Assembly (NCBI GenBank): GCA_963749075.1
Contig: CAVVLJ010000017.1
Location: 704,001 to 768,000 of the forward strand
Direction: 5' to 3'
DNA from: an uncultured Pseudomonadota bacterium
GTDB lineage: Bacteria > Pseudomonadota > Alphaproteobacteria > JACZXZ01
Length of the DNA: 64,000 nt
Shown: positions 18,876 through 28,752 of the stretch, piece by piece
Position numbering within the stretch: position 1 is the stretch's first letter
How the letters are laid out: each line of letters opens with the position of its first letter
Program-made: the position numbers and the translations under genes
The notes under the pieces: model-generated
Told to the model about the DNA's origin: nothing
Seen by the model: only the letters and a program-made list of their open reading frames with translations
Databases searched by the model: none

Positions 18876-20138
18876 GTGAAGCGCTCCTATCTCGCCTTGC
18901 TGATATTTGCCGCGGCCTGCTGCAGCGCTCCGGCTCGGGCCCAAGACGACGTGCAGCGCATCGCCGCGGTGGTGAACGACCAGGTCGTCTCCAACTTCGA
19001 CCTGGCGGGGCGCATCCGCCTCACCATCGTCTCCTCCGGGCTCCAGGATTCGCCCGAGATCCGCGCGCGCCTGACGCCGCAGATCCTGCGCACGCTGATC
19101 GACGAGGCGCTCGAGGTGGAGGAGGCCAAGCGCCTCAACATCACCGTGGGCACCGCCGATATCCAACAGGCCTTGACCCGCATCGCCAAGCAGAACGACA
19201 TGACGGACAACCAGTTCTCGGACTTCCTCAAGCAGGAAGGCATACCGCTCTCGACCGTCGTGTCGCAGGTCCGCGCGGGTATCTCGTGGAGCAAGATCGT
19301 CGCCGAGAAGATCCGCCCGACCATCGAGATCGGCGACGACCAGGTCGAGGACTATCTCGCCCGTCTCAAGGCCGACAAGGACAAGCCCGAGTTCCGCCTG
19401 CAGGAGATCTTCCTCTCCGTCGACTCGCCGCAGCAGGAGGACGAGGTGCGGCGCACGGCCGAGCGCCTTGCCGAGCAAATCAAGCGCGGCGCCAACTTCA
19501 CCGCCGTCGCCCGCCAATTCTCCCAGAGCGCCACCGCCGCGGTCGGCGGCGATCTCGGCTGGGTCGAGGAGGGGGCACTCGAGCCCGAGATCCAGAAGGC
19601 CGTCGGCCAGCTCAAGGTCGGCGAGCTCTCGGCGCCCATCCGCACGGTCACCGGCTTTCACCTGATTCTCCTGCGCGACAAGCGGCAGAGCTCCAGCGTC
19701 TTGCCCGACAACACCATGCTCAAGATCGAGCATCTCTTCATCCCGGGGCCGCCCAACGCCACGGAGGCGGATTTCGCGCCCTTGCGCTCGCTCGCCCAGA
19801 CGGTGTCGGACAATGCCGCCGACTGCAACGACTTCGCAGCGCTGCGCAAGCAGCTGCCGGACGCCAAGACGGTGATCCCCGAGACCATCCGGATGAGCGA
19901 GCTGGCGCCGGCGCTGCGCGCGGCCGCGACCAATCTCCCGGTCGGCAAGCCGAGCGCGCCGATCACGCTCAACAACGGCATCTTCGTCATGATGATCTGC
20001 TCGCGCGAGGGCGGCGAGGGCGGGCAGGCGAGCGCGGAAGAGGTGCGCAACCGTCTCGGGCGGGAGAAGCTCGAGCTCCTCACCCGGCGCTATCTGCGCG
20101 ACCTGCGGACGGCCGCTTTCATCGACATCCGCGCATGA
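18876..20138 (+). CDS. surA: SurA-type peptidylprolyl isomerase / chaperone
   Basis: IAAVVNDQVVS, ARQFSQSATAAVGGDLGWV, YLRDLR; lptD-surA-pdxA-rsmA order (alternative start 18849). Confidence 0.9.
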   Translation: MKRSYLALLIFAAACCSAPARAQDDVQRIAAVVNDQVVSNFDLAGRIRLTIVSSGLQDSPEIRARLTPQILRTLIDEALEVEEAKRLNITVGTADIQQALTRIAKQNDMTDNQFSDFLKQEGIPLSTVVSQVRAGISWSKIVAEKIRPTIEIGDDQVEDYLARLKADKDKPEFRLQEIFLSVDSPQQEDEVRRTAERLAEQIKRGANFTAVARQFSQSATAAVGGDLGWVEEGALEPEIQKAVGQLKVGELSAPIRTVTGFHLILLRDKRQSSSVLPDNTMLKIEHLFIPGPPNATEADFAPLRSLAQTVSDNAADCNDFAALRKQLPDAKTVIPETIRMSELAPALRAAATNLPVGKPSAPITLNNGIFVMMICSREGGEGGQASAEEVRNRLGREKLELLTRRYLRDLRTAAFIDIRA

Positions 20139-21181
20139 GCGGGCCGTCCGCGCTGCCGCCCGTGGCGCTCACCATGGGCGAGCCGGCGGGGATCGGGGGC
20201 GAGCTCGCGCTCAAGGCCTGGATCGCGCGCGGCTCGGCGGCGCTGCCGCCGTTCTTCGCGATCGACGATCCGGAGCGGCTCGCGGCCATCGCCCGGAGCC
20301 TCAAGCTCGCGGTGCCGCTCGAGACCGTGGCCAACCCGGCCGAGGCGGCGCGCGTATTCGCGCATGCACTTCCCGTCGTCTCCGAGCGCCTGGTCAGGCC
20401 GGTCGCCCCGGGCCGACCGGAGGCCGCCAACGGGACGGCCGTCATCGCCTCGGTGCGCCGCGCGGTCGAGCTCACGCGCGCCGGGCGCGCTGCGGCCGTG
20501 GTCACCAGCCCGATCCACAAGAAGAGCCTCTACGACGCCGGCTTCCGCTATCCCGGACATACCGAGTTCCTCGCCTCGCTGGTGGAGGGAGCGCCGGTGC
20601 CGGTCATGATGCTCGCGGTGCCGGGCCTGCGCGTGATCCCGGTCACCGTCCACCTGCCGCTCGCCAAGGCGGTCGCGGCGCTCGAGCGGGGCGCCATCGT
20701 CCATTGCGGCAAGGTCGCGGCCGCAGCACTCAGGGAGAGCTTCGGCGTTGCCGAGCCGACGCTGGCGCTCGCCGGCCTCAATCCGCACGCGGGCGAGGCG
20801 GGCGAGCTCGGCCGCGAGGAGATCGAGATCATCGCACCCGCCGCCGAGGAGCTGCGCGCGGCGGGCATCCGCGTGCTCGGCCCGCTGCCGGCGGACACGC
20901 TCTTCCATCCGCGCGCCCGCCAGCGCTACGACGCCGCCCTCTGCATGTATCACGACCAGGCGCTCATCCCGCTCAAGACCGTCGATTTCGAGCACGGCGT
21001 GAACGTGACGCTCGGCCTTCCCTTCGTGCGCACCTCGCCCGACCACGGCACGGCGTTCGATATCGCGGGCAAAGGCGTTGCGAGCCCCTTGAGCCTCATC
21101 GCGGCGCTGGCGCTGGCGGGAGAAATGGCGCTCCGGCGCAGCGCTGGCCGGACAGGCGCCGCCAAGCGGGCCTTTGCCTGA
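20135..21181 (+). CDS. pdxA: 4-hydroxythreonine-4-phosphate dehydrogenase
   Basis: MGEPAGIGGE, PGHTEFL, GLNPHAGE, MYHDQALIP, RTSPDHGTA. Confidence 0.97.
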   Translation: MSGPSALPPVALTMGEPAGIGGELALKAWIARGSAALPPFFAIDDPERLAAIARSLKLAVPLETVANPAEAARVFAHALPVVSERLVRPVAPGRPEAANGTAVIASVRRAVELTRAGRAAAVVTSPIHKKSLYDAGFRYPGHTEFLASLVEGAPVPVMMLAVPGLRVIPVTVHLPLAKAVAALERGAIVHCGKVAAAALRESFGVAEPTLALAGLNPHAGEAGELGREEIEIIAPAAEELRAAGIRVLGPLPADTLFHPRARQRYDAALCMYHDQALIPLKTVDFEHGVNVTLGLPFVRTSPDHGTAFDIAGKGVASPLSLIAALALAGEMALRRSAGRTGAAKRAFA

Positions 21182-22025
21182 GGCCGAGCCGCGGCTTGAG
21201 CCGCTCCGCGCGCTCATCGCGCGCCACGGCCTTCAGGCGCGGCGCTCGCTCGGCCAGCACTTTCTCCTCGACCTCAACCTCACGCGGCGCATCGCGCGCG
21301 CGGCCGGACCGCTCGGCCAGGGCACCACGATCGAGATCGGCCCCGGCCCCGGCGGGCTTACGCGCGCGCTCCTCGAGCTCGGCGCCGCGCGCGTGATCGC
21401 GATCGAGCGCGACGCGCGCGCGGTGGCCGCCTTGGGCGAGCTTGCCGAGGCCTATCCCGACCGGCTCGAGGTCATCGCAGGCGACGCGCTCGCCATCGAC
21501 GCGGCAAGCCTCGGAGCGCCGCCGCGCCGCATCGTCGCCAACCTCCCCTACAACATCGCGACGGCGCTCCTGCTGCGCTGGCTTCAGCGGTGCGACGCCT
21601 TCGCGGGCTTCACCCTCATGTTCCAGCGCGAGGTAGCCCTCCGTCTCGCGGCCTCGCCGCGCAGCAAGGACTACGGCCGCCTCAGCATCATCACGGGCTG
21701 GCTTTGCGAGGTGGAGCTCCTCTTCAACGTCGCCAGGGAGGCCTTCGTGCCGCCGCCCAAGGTGCTCTCGACCGTGGTGCGGCTCAAGCCGCGGCCGGTG
21801 CCCCTGGCAGAGGCGGAGCGCACAGCACTCGAGGCGGTGACCGCCGCCGCCTTCGGCCAGCGCCGCAAGATGCTGCGCACCAGCCTCAAGCCGCTCGGCG
21901 TCGATGTCGAGCAATTGCTCGCGCGCGCGCGCGTGGCGCCCACCGCGCGCGCCGAGGAGATCGCCATAGAGGGCTTCTGCGCCCTCGCCCGCACCTACGC
22001 GGAGCTCAGGGACCAGTGCGGTTGA
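21174..22025 (+). CDS. rsmA: 16S rRNA m6,2A dimethyltransferase (KsgA)
   Basis: SLGQHFL, EIGPGPGGLT, ANLPYNI, MFQREV, QRRKMLR. Confidence 0.97.
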   Translation: MPEAEPRLEPLRALIARHGLQARRSLGQHFLLDLNLTRRIARAAGPLGQGTTIEIGPGPGGLTRALLELGAARVIAIERDARAVAALGELAEAYPDRLEVIAGDALAIDAASLGAPPRRIVANLPYNIATALLLRWLQRCDAFAGFTLMFQREVALRLAASPRSKDYGRLSIITGWLCEVELLFNVAREAFVPPPKVLSTVVRLKPRPVPLAEAERTALEAVTAAAFGQRRKMLRTSLKPLGVDVEQLLARARVAPTARAEEIAIEGFCALARTYAELRDQCG

Positions 22026-22056
22026 GCGAGCCGGCGACACGGCGGGGACGTGCCGG

Positions 22057-22695
22057 CTATTGCGCCTGCCGCAAGCCCTGCACGAAGTCGACGAGGCCGG
22101 TCTGGCGCGCCCGGCGCAGGCGCTCGGCGACCAGGATGGCCCGCGCCTTGGCGACGCTCTCCGCGAGCTCGCGGTTGACGATGATGTAGTCGTACTCGGG
22201 CCAGTGGCTCATCTCGTCGGCGGCCTTCGCCATGCGCGCGGCCACCACCGCGGCGCTGTCCTGGGCGCGGCTCCGCAAGCGGCGCTCGAGCTCGGCGGTC
22301 GAGGGCGGCAGGATGAAGACGCTCACGAGATCGTCGCGCGCACTCTGGGCGAGCTGCTGGGTGCCCTGCCAGTCGATGTCGAAAAGCACGTCGGCACCGG
22401 CCGCGAGCGCCGCCTCGACCGGCGCGCGCGGCGTGCCGTAAGCGTGGCCGAAGACTTGCGCATGCTCGAGGAGCTCGCCGCTGAGCGCCATCTCGGCGAA
22501 GCTGGCCGCATCGACGAAGCGGTAGTCGACGCCCTCCACCTCGCCGTTGCGGCGCGGCCGGGTGGTGACCGAGACGGACATGGTGAGGTTGGGCTCGCGC
22601 TTGAGGAGCTCGCGCGCGATCGAGGTCTTGCCAGCGCCCGAGGGCGAGGACAGCACCAGCATGAGGCCACGGCGCGCGATTTCCGGATCCGGCAT
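22057..22695 (-). CDS. gmk: Guanylate kinase
   Basis: SSPSGAGKT, SVTTRPRR, YGTP, DIDWQG. Confidence 0.98.
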   Translation of the reverse strand: MPDPEIARRGLMLVLSSPSGAGKTSIARELLKREPNLTMSVSVTTRPRRNGEVEGVDYRFVDAASFAEMALSGELLEHAQVFGHAYGTPRAPVEAALAAGADVLFDIDWQGTQQLAQSARDDLVSVFILPPSTAELERRLRSRAQDSAAVVAARMAKAADEMSHWPEYDYIIVNRELAESVAKARAILVAERLRRARQTGLVDFVQGLRQAQ

Positions 22696-22701
22696 GGCGG
22701 C

Positions 22702-23589
22702 TTATTCGATGTTCTGGACCTGCTCTCTCAGCTGCTCGATCGCCGCCTTCAAGGCAAGCCCGAGGCGGGTCAAGGCCACGTCCGAGGCCTTGGAGCAGAG
22801 CGTATTGGCCTCGCGGTTGAACTCCTGGCAAAGGAAATCGAGGCGGCGGCCGACGGCGTCGTGCGAGGCCAAGAGCTCGCGCGCGGCGATGATGTGCGCC
22901 TTGAGCCGGTCGAGCTCCTCGCGCACGTCACCCTTGGCCGCTATGAGCGCCGCCTCGGCCGCCAGGCGCTCCTCGGAGAGCTGCGGCTCGGCCGCGAGCA
23001 ATGCCGTCACTTGCTCCTTGACGCGCGCCGCGAGTGCCGCGGGGCTCGCGGCCGGCAGCGCCTCGGCCTCGCCCACGAGCCGCGCCACCTCGTCGAGATG
23101 GCCGGCGAGCGCTGCGGCGAGGAGCGACCCCTCGGCCGCGCGCGCGTGGACGAGCGCCTGCAGCGCTTCCGCGAAGCTCGCCATCATCTGGGCGCTGCGG
23201 CGCTCGATCGCCTCCTCGCCCTCGCCCTCTTCGGCCTCGACGACGACGCCGCGCACGGCGAGCAGCGCATCGAGGCGCGCCGGGCCGGGCGCGATGCTGC
23301 CGGGAAACTCCTCGTGGAGGGCGATGAGCTGGCGGATGAGCTCGCGGTTGATGCGCCAGGCGGCACCGGCGCCGGCGCGGCTCAGCTGGAGCGAGGCCGT
23401 CACGTTGCCGCGCTTCAAATGCCGGCTCGCCAGCCCGCGCGCCAGCACCTCTAGGCGATCGAAGCCGGGCGGCAGACGGAAGCGGAGCTCGAGGCTGCGG
23501 CCGTTGACGCTCCTGACCTCCCAGGTCCAGCTCAGCCCTACCTCGTGGCCGCTCGCGCGCGCATAGCCGGTCATGCTGGAAATGGACAC
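22702..23589 (-). CDS. yicC: YicC/YloC family endoribonuclease
   Basis: SMTGYA, EVRSVNGR, REELDRL, GRRLDFLCQEFNREANT, REQVQNIE. Confidence 0.96.
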   Translation of the reverse strand: MSISSMTGYARASGHEVGLSWTWEVRSVNGRSLELRFRLPPGFDRLEVLARGLASRHLKRGNVTASLQLSRAGAGAAWRINRELIRQLIALHEEFPGSIAPGPARLDALLAVRGVVVEAEEGEGEEAIERRSAQMMASFAEALQALVHARAAEGSLLAAALAGHLDEVARLVGEAEALPAASPAALAARVKEQVTALLAAEPQLSEERLAAEAALIAAKGDVREELDRLKAHIIAARELLASHDAVGRRLDFLCQEFNREANTLCSKASDVALTRLGLALKAAIEQLREQVQNIE

Positions 23590-23659
23590 GAGGCCCCTTT
23601 AACTTGTGGAGGATGCCGGGCGGCGCCCACTATATCTGGCAGGCCGAAGGGCAACAAGC

Positions 23660-24421
23660 ATGACGGCACCGCGCCACATCCTGATCACCGGCGCCAGCAG
23701 CGGGCTCGGCGAGGCCCTGGCGCTCGCCTACGCCGAGCCGGGGATGCGCCTCTCGCTCTCAGGGCGCGACGGACCGCGCCTCGCGGGCGTCGCGGCGGCC
23801 TGCAGCGCCAAGGGGGCCGCGGTCGAGGCGGTGCAGCTCGACGTGAGCGATGCCGCGGCCATGGCCGCCTGGATCGCCGCCGCGGACGCGGCGCTGCCGC
23901 TCGATCTGGCGATCGCCAACGCCGGCATCTCGCACGCCAGCGGCGAGGGCAGCGCGCGCGCCGCCCGGGTACGGCAGATCTTCGCCGTCAACCTCGATGG
24001 CGCGATCAACACGCTCGAGCCGGCGATCGCCCTGATGGCGCCGCGGCGGCAGGGGCAGCTCGCCGTCATGAGCTCGCTCGCCGGCTTCCGCGGCATGCCG
24101 GGTGCGGACGCCTATTCGGCGAGCAAGGCGGCGGTCAAGGCCTATGGCGAGGCGCTCCGCGGCAGCCTGGCGCCGCTCGGCATCGCCGTATCGGTGATCT
24201 GTCCCGGCTTTGTTGAGAGCCGCATGACGGAGGGCAACGCGTTTCCCATGCCGCTCCTCATGGAGGCCCCGCGGGCAGCTGCCATCATCAAGCGCGGACT
24301 CGCGCGCAACAAAGCGCGCATCGCCTTTCCCTGGCGCCTCTATGCCGCGGTCTGGCTCCTCGCGGCCCTGCCGCCCGCCCTCACCGACCGCCTCCTCGCG
24401 CGCCTGCCTCGGAAGACGTAG
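23660..24421 (+). CDS. Short-chain dehydrogenase/reductase
   Basis: ITGASSGLG, ANAG, YSASK, ICPGFV. Confidence 0.92.
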   Translation: MTAPRHILITGASSGLGEALALAYAEPGMRLSLSGRDGPRLAGVAAACSAKGAAVEAVQLDVSDAAAMAAWIAAADAALPLDLAIANAGISHASGEGSARAARVRQIFAVNLDGAINTLEPAIALMAPRRQGQLAVMSSLAGFRGMPGADAYSASKAAVKAYGEALRGSLAPLGIAVSVICPGFVESRMTEGNAFPMPLLMEAPRAAAIIKRGLARNKARIAFPWRLYAAVWLLAALPPALTDRLLARLPRKT

Positions 24422-24450
24422 AGTGGTGCTCCGCCTGCGCCGGAGCCGCA

Positions 24451-24733
24451 TCAGGCCGCTCGTCGTTTCCGTCGATATTGCTGCTCGGCGTCCCACGCAT
24501 CGAGAGCGGCCTGCAGATTGACCCAGAGCGCGGTGCTCGTACCGAGCGCAAGCGCCAGGCGCGCCGCCACGTCCGGTGTCACCCTCACCTTGCCGTTGAC
24601 GATGCCGCTCAGATGCTTGCGCGAGAACGTCCAGATCGCGCGCCAGGCCGCTCACCGTGAGGCCGCGCTCCGCCATGAATTCCTCGCGGAGGATCACGCC
24701 CGGTGCGGTCGGCCGTCGCTTGCGCTTGAACAT
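24451..24733 (-). CDS. higA: HigA-family antitoxin (XRE HTH) with a +1 frameshift at about 24626
   Basis: PTAPGVILREEF...LARDLDV, continuing in another frame as SRKHLSGIVNGKVRVTPDVAARLALALGTSTALWVNLQ; removing one base of AA 24626-24627 gives 93 aa. Confidence 0.85.
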
Positions 24734-24806
24734 CGCTCCATCGTACTCGCGCCATGATCAGGGTCCGCGCGAACAGTCGGCGCAAGACTGCCAGCTCGGC
24801 TCAACA

Positions 24807-25082
24807 TCAGTGATAATCCTCAAAATTCACGTCATATGCCTCACTCTTATCGAACCGGAAAGTCAGGCGCCAGTTGCGCGTGATCGTCCAGGCCGCCGAA
24901 CCTTCGCGACCTCCCTTTAGACGATGATACCCGGACACCTGCAAGTCCTTCTCACTCGACGCTTTGTCCAACAAATCCAGCAGTCGGTCGATCTTGTCTA
25001 CATACCTTGCCGGCAATCCCTTCACCGTCCCGCTCACGAATAATTTCTCAAGCCGCTTGTCCGCGAAGCTCCTTATCGACAT
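24807..25082 (-). CDS. higB: HigB-like (RelE/ParE superfamily) toxin
   Basis: IRSFADKRLEKLF...HRLKG...NWRLTFRF....YDVNFEDYH; toxin-first order; AT-rich. Confidence 0.9.
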   Translation of the reverse strand: MSIRSFADKRLEKLFVSGTVKGLPARYVDKIDRLLDLLDKASSEKDLQVSGYHRLKGGREGSAAWTITRNWRLTFRFDKSEAYDVNFEDYH

Positions 25083-25202
25083 TGTACAATTCCTTGTTGC
25101 GCCAGCTGAGGCGCTTTTGCATAGCCATCTTCCTTTCAGATTAGTTTTCAGAATAGTTCGTCAATCACCTGTCGCCGCCCGGTGAGAAATTCTCTCTCCG
25201 GT

Positions 25203-25231
25203 CCCATAGCCTGTCACCAAATTGGTGTCAA
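25203..25231 (-). promoter_or_regulatory. Putative higBA promoter with overlapping operator palindrome
   Basis: Minus strand TTGACA-N17-TATGGG; near-perfect inverted repeat TGTCACCAA-A-TTGGTGTCA at 25212-25230. Confidence 0.6.
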
Positions 25232-25252
25232 GCGGAACTGACGACCGACACG

Positions 25253-26245
25253 CTACTCCGGCTTCTCCGCGGGCGCGGCGCTCTGCGCCTGGCGCAGCTT
25301 GGCCACGTTGCGGTTGTGCTCGGCGAGCGTCTTGGCGAAGACGTGGCCGCCCGAGCCGTCGGCCACGAAATAGAGCTCGCCGCTCTCGGCCGGATGGAGG
25401 ACCGCCGTGATGGAGGCCTTGCCCGGATTGTCGATCGGGCCGGGCGGCAGGCCCTCCACGAGGTAGGTGTTGTAGGGGCTCGCGGTCTCGAGGTCGGCGT
25501 GGCTCAACGCGCGGCCGAGAGCGCCCTTCCCCCGGGTGAGCGCATAGACCACGGTCGGATCGGCCTGGAGCCGCATGTGGCGGCGCAGGCGATTGAGGAA
25601 CACGGCGGCGACGCGCGGGCGCTCCTCCGGCTTGGCGGTCTCCTTCTCGACGATCGACGCGAGCACCAGCGCCTCCTCCGGCGAGTCGAGCGGCAGGTCC
25701 GGGGCACGGTCCTTCCACAGGGCATCGAGGGTCTCGCGCATGGCCTTCTCCATGCGCGCGACGAGCGCCTCGCGTCCGTCGCCCCATGAGAAGTTGTAGG
25801 TCTCCGGAAGCAGGCTGCCCTCGCGCGGCGCAGCAGGCAGGGTGCCCTCGAGGCCATCCGTGCGCCCGATTTCCTCGAGCACCTGGGCGCTGGTGAGGCC
25901 CTCGGCCACGGTGAGCCGGCGCACGACCGGCTTGGCGTACATCAGGACCGCCATGGCGTCGGCCGCACTGGCGTGGGCGGGAAACTCGTACTCGCCGGCG
26001 CGGAGCGCTCGATGGTTGCTCAAGAGATGCACGCCGATGGCGAAGACGTAGGGCTCGCTGAGGACGCCGCCCTCCGTGAGACGCCTGCCGATGGCCTCGA
26101 CGTTGAGCCCCTTGGGGATGACGAGCGCCGTCGCATGGTCGAGCGGCCCGGGTGCGGTGAAGGCGCCGTAGCCCCAGTAGAGAAGCGCCAGGGCCAGCAG
26201 CGCCAGTGCCGAGAGCCCGGCGATCCAGCGGATGAGCCGACGCAT
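25253..26245 (-). CDS. mltG: Endolytic transglycosylase MltG
   Basis: LRAGEY, EGSLLPETY, LASIVEKET, LQADPT, SPYNTY, GLPPGPI. Confidence 0.96.
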   Translation of the reverse strand: MRRLIRWIAGLSALALLALALLYWGYGAFTAPGPLDHATALVIPKGLNVEAIGRRLTEGGVLSEPYVFAIGVHLLSNHRALRAGEYEFPAHASAADAMAVLMYAKPVVRRLTVAEGLTSAQVLEEIGRTDGLEGTLPAAPREGSLLPETYNFSWGDGREALVARMEKAMRETLDALWKDRAPDLPLDSPEEALVLASIVEKETAKPEERPRVAAVFLNRLRRHMRLQADPTVVYALTRGKGALGRALSHADLETASPYNTYLVEGLPPGPIDNPGKASITAVLHPAESGELYFVADGSGGHVFAKTLAEHNRNVAKLRQAQSAAPAEKPE

Positions 26246-26267
26246 GGCAGCGCGTCCCGCCCGGCAC

Positions 26268-27530
26268 TCAGGGTGCGGGGCCGAAAATCAGCGAGGCGTT
26301 GGTGCCGCCGAAGCCGAAGGAGTTGGAGAGCGCGAAGCGGATCGGCCGCTCCTTCGCCTGATGCGCCACCAGATCGATGTCGCATCCCTCGGACGGCTTG
26401 TCGAGATTGCGCGTCGGCGGCGCTATGCCGTCGCGCACGGCGAGCAGCGAGAAGATGGCCTCGACGCTGCCGGCCGCACCCAGGAGATGGCCGATGGCGG
26501 ACTTGGTCGACGACATGCTGAGCTTGTAGGCCTGCGCGCCGAAGAGGCGCTTGACCGCCGCAAGCTCGATCTCGTCGCCGAGCGGCGTCGAGGTGCCGTG
26601 CGCATTGATGTAATCGATCGCCTCGGGATCGAGCATGGCGCTCTTGAGCGCGTTGCGCATCGAGCGGAAAGCGCCGTTGCCGTCGGGCGCCGGGGCCGTG
26701 ATGTGATAGGCGTCGCCCGACATCCCGTAGCCGATCACCTCGCCGTAGATCTTGGCGCCGCGCTGCTTCGCGTGCTCGAGCTCCTCGAGCACGACGATAC
26801 CCGAACCCTCGCCCATCACGAAGCCGTCGCGGTCCTGGTCCCACGGGCGCGAGGCGGCGGGCGGGTTGTCGTTGAAGGAGGTCGAGAGAGCGCGCGCCGC
26901 GGCGAAGCCCGCGAGGCCGATGCGGCAGATGGCGGCCTCGGTGCCGCCCGCCACCATCACGTCGGCGTCGTCGAGCCGGATCAATCGCGCGGCATCGCCG
27001 ATGGCGTGCGCCCCCGTCGAGCAGGCGGTCACCACGGCGTGGTTCGGCCCCTTGAAGCCGTAGCGGATCGAGACGTGGCCCGAGGCGAGATTGATGAGGC
27101 AGGAGGGGATGAAGAAGGGGCTGAGCCGCCGCGTGCCCTTCTCCTTGATGAGGAGCGCGCCGTCCGCGATGCCCTCGAGCCCGCCGATGCCGGAGCCGAT
27201 CATGACGCCGGTGCGCTCCTGGCCCTCGGCGTCGGCCGGCTTCCAGCCGGAATCCTCGACGGCCTGAACCGCGGCCGCCATGGCAAAGAGGATGAAGGGC
27301 TCGACCTTGCGCTGATCCTTGGGCGGCATCCAGTCGTCCGCGTTGAAGAGGCCGGCCGCCGTCTCGCCCCGGGGCACCTGACCGGCGACCTTGCAGGGCA
27401 GGTCGGAGACGTCGAAGCTCTGGATCGCGCGGATGCCGGATTGGCCGGCGATCAGGCGCTGCCACACGGTCTCGCCGCCGCAGCCGAGCGGCGTAACCAT
27501 GCCCAGGCCGGTGACGACCACCCGTCTCAT
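26268..27530 (-). CDS. fabF: Beta-ketoacyl-ACP synthase II
   Basis: RRVVVTGLG, TACSTG, NAHGTST, GHLLGAAG, NSFGFGG. Confidence 0.98.
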   Translation of the reverse strand: MRRVVVTGLGMVTPLGCGGETVWQRLIAGQSGIRAIQSFDVSDLPCKVAGQVPRGETAAGLFNADDWMPPKDQRKVEPFILFAMAAAVQAVEDSGWKPADAEGQERTGVMIGSGIGGLEGIADGALLIKEKGTRRLSPFFIPSCLINLASGHVSIRYGFKGPNHAVVTACSTGAHAIGDAARLIRLDDADVMVAGGTEAAICRIGLAGFAAARALSTSFNDNPPAASRPWDQDRDGFVMGEGSGIVVLEELEHAKQRGAKIYGEVIGYGMSGDAYHITAPAPDGNGAFRSMRNALKSAMLDPEAIDYINAHGTSTPLGDEIELAAVKRLFGAQAYKLSMSSTKSAIGHLLGAAGSVEAIFSLLAVRDGIAPPTRNLDKPSEGCDIDLVAHQAKERPIRFALSNSFGFGGTNASLIFGPAP

Positions 27531-27603
27531 GGGGACCTCCATTGCTCGCCTGCCCGGGCGGTGGCTGCCGTCCGAGAGGTGCCAGCTAGGCCGTCGCCCG
27601 GGA

Positions 27604-27837
27604 TCAGACGTGCTGCTCGATGAACTGGATCGCATCCTTGACGGTGACGATCTTCTCCGCCGCCTCGTCCGGTATCTCGCAGCCGAATTCCTCCTCGAAG
27701 GCCATCACGAGCTCGACCGTATCCAGGCTGTCGGCGCCCAGATCGTCGATGAAGCTGGCGCTCTCGATGACCTTGCCCTCGTCGACCCCGAGGTGTTCGA
27801 CGACGATCTTCTTCACGCGCTCGGCAACGTCACTCAT
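27604..27837 (-). CDS. acpP: Acyl carrier protein
   Basis: [20 protein letters not shown]. Confidence 0.98.
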   Translation of the reverse strand: MSDVAERVKKIVVEHLGVDEGKVIESASFIDDLGADSLDTVELVMAFEEEFGCEIPDEAAEKIVTVKDAIQFIEQHV

Positions 27838-27996
27838 GTTCTTGACCCTCGCAAACCGGGGAATCCCCTGACGGACCCGCGGATGTGAACCCTCCCCGCC
27901 CGCGCCCTTTGCCAGCAAGCTCGGGAACGAAAGCGGGGTTCTCTAACACATTTCCCGGGGGCTTGGCCAGCCGGCTTGCCGCCCTGGTCGGACCGC

Positions 27997-28734
27997 CTAG
28001 AACATGGCGAGACCGCCGTTTATGTGCAAAGTATGACCCGTGATATAGGCAGCCTCGTCGCTGGCAAGAAAGGCGATGGCCGCCGCCACTTCCTCGGGCC
28101 GGCCCAGGCGGCCGAGCGGCACGCGGGAGAGCACCAGCTCGCGCAGCTTGTCGCTCAAGACCTGCGTCATGGGCGTGTCGATGAAGCCGGGTGCGATGCA
28201 GTTGGCGGTGATGTTGCGCGGGGCCATCTCGGCGGCGAGCACCTTGGTGAGGCCAACGAGCCCGGCCTTGGCCGCGACGTAATTGGCCTGGCCCGGGTTT
28301 CCCGTGATACCGACGATCGAGCCCACGTTGACGATGCGGCCCCAGCGCCGGCGCATCATGCCGCGCAGCACCGCGCGCGCGAGGCGGAACGCCGCGGTCA
28401 GGTCGATGTCGATGACCTCCTGCCAGTCCTCGTCGCGCATGCGGGCGACGAGCCCGTCGCGCGTGACGCCTGCATTGTGCACGAGGATGTCGACCGAGCC
28501 CATGGCGGCCTCCGCCGCCTTGATCAGCGCCTCGATGGCGGCGGGATCCTCGAGCCGGCACGGCAGCGCCACCGCGCGGCCGCCGAGCTCGCCTGCCAAG
28601 CGCTCGAGCGCCTCCTGGCGCGTGCCGGAGACCGTCACCACCGCCCCCTGGGCCGAGAGCGCCTTGGCGATGGCATTGCCGATGCCGCCGGTGGCGCCGG
28701 TCACGAGTGCCGTCTTGCCGTTGAGATCGAACAA
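27997..28734 (-). CDS. fabG: 3-oxoacyl-ACP reductase
   Basis: LVTGATGGIG, NAGVTRD, GNPGQANYVAAK; TTG start after GGGAG. Confidence 0.96.
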   Translation of the reverse strand: MFDLNGKTALVTGATGGIGNAIAKALSAQGAVVTVSGTRQEALERLAGELGGRAVALPCRLEDPAAIEALIKAAEAAMGSVDILVHNAGVTRDGLVARMRDEDWQEVIDIDLTAAFRLARAVLRGMMRRRWGRIVNVGSIVGITGNPGQANYVAAKAGLVGLTKVLAAEMAPRNITANCIAPGFIDTPMTQVLSDKLRELVLSRVPLGRLGRPEEVAAAIAFLASDEAAYITGHTLHINGGLAMF

Positions 28735-28752
28735 ACGCTGCTCCCGCAAATG

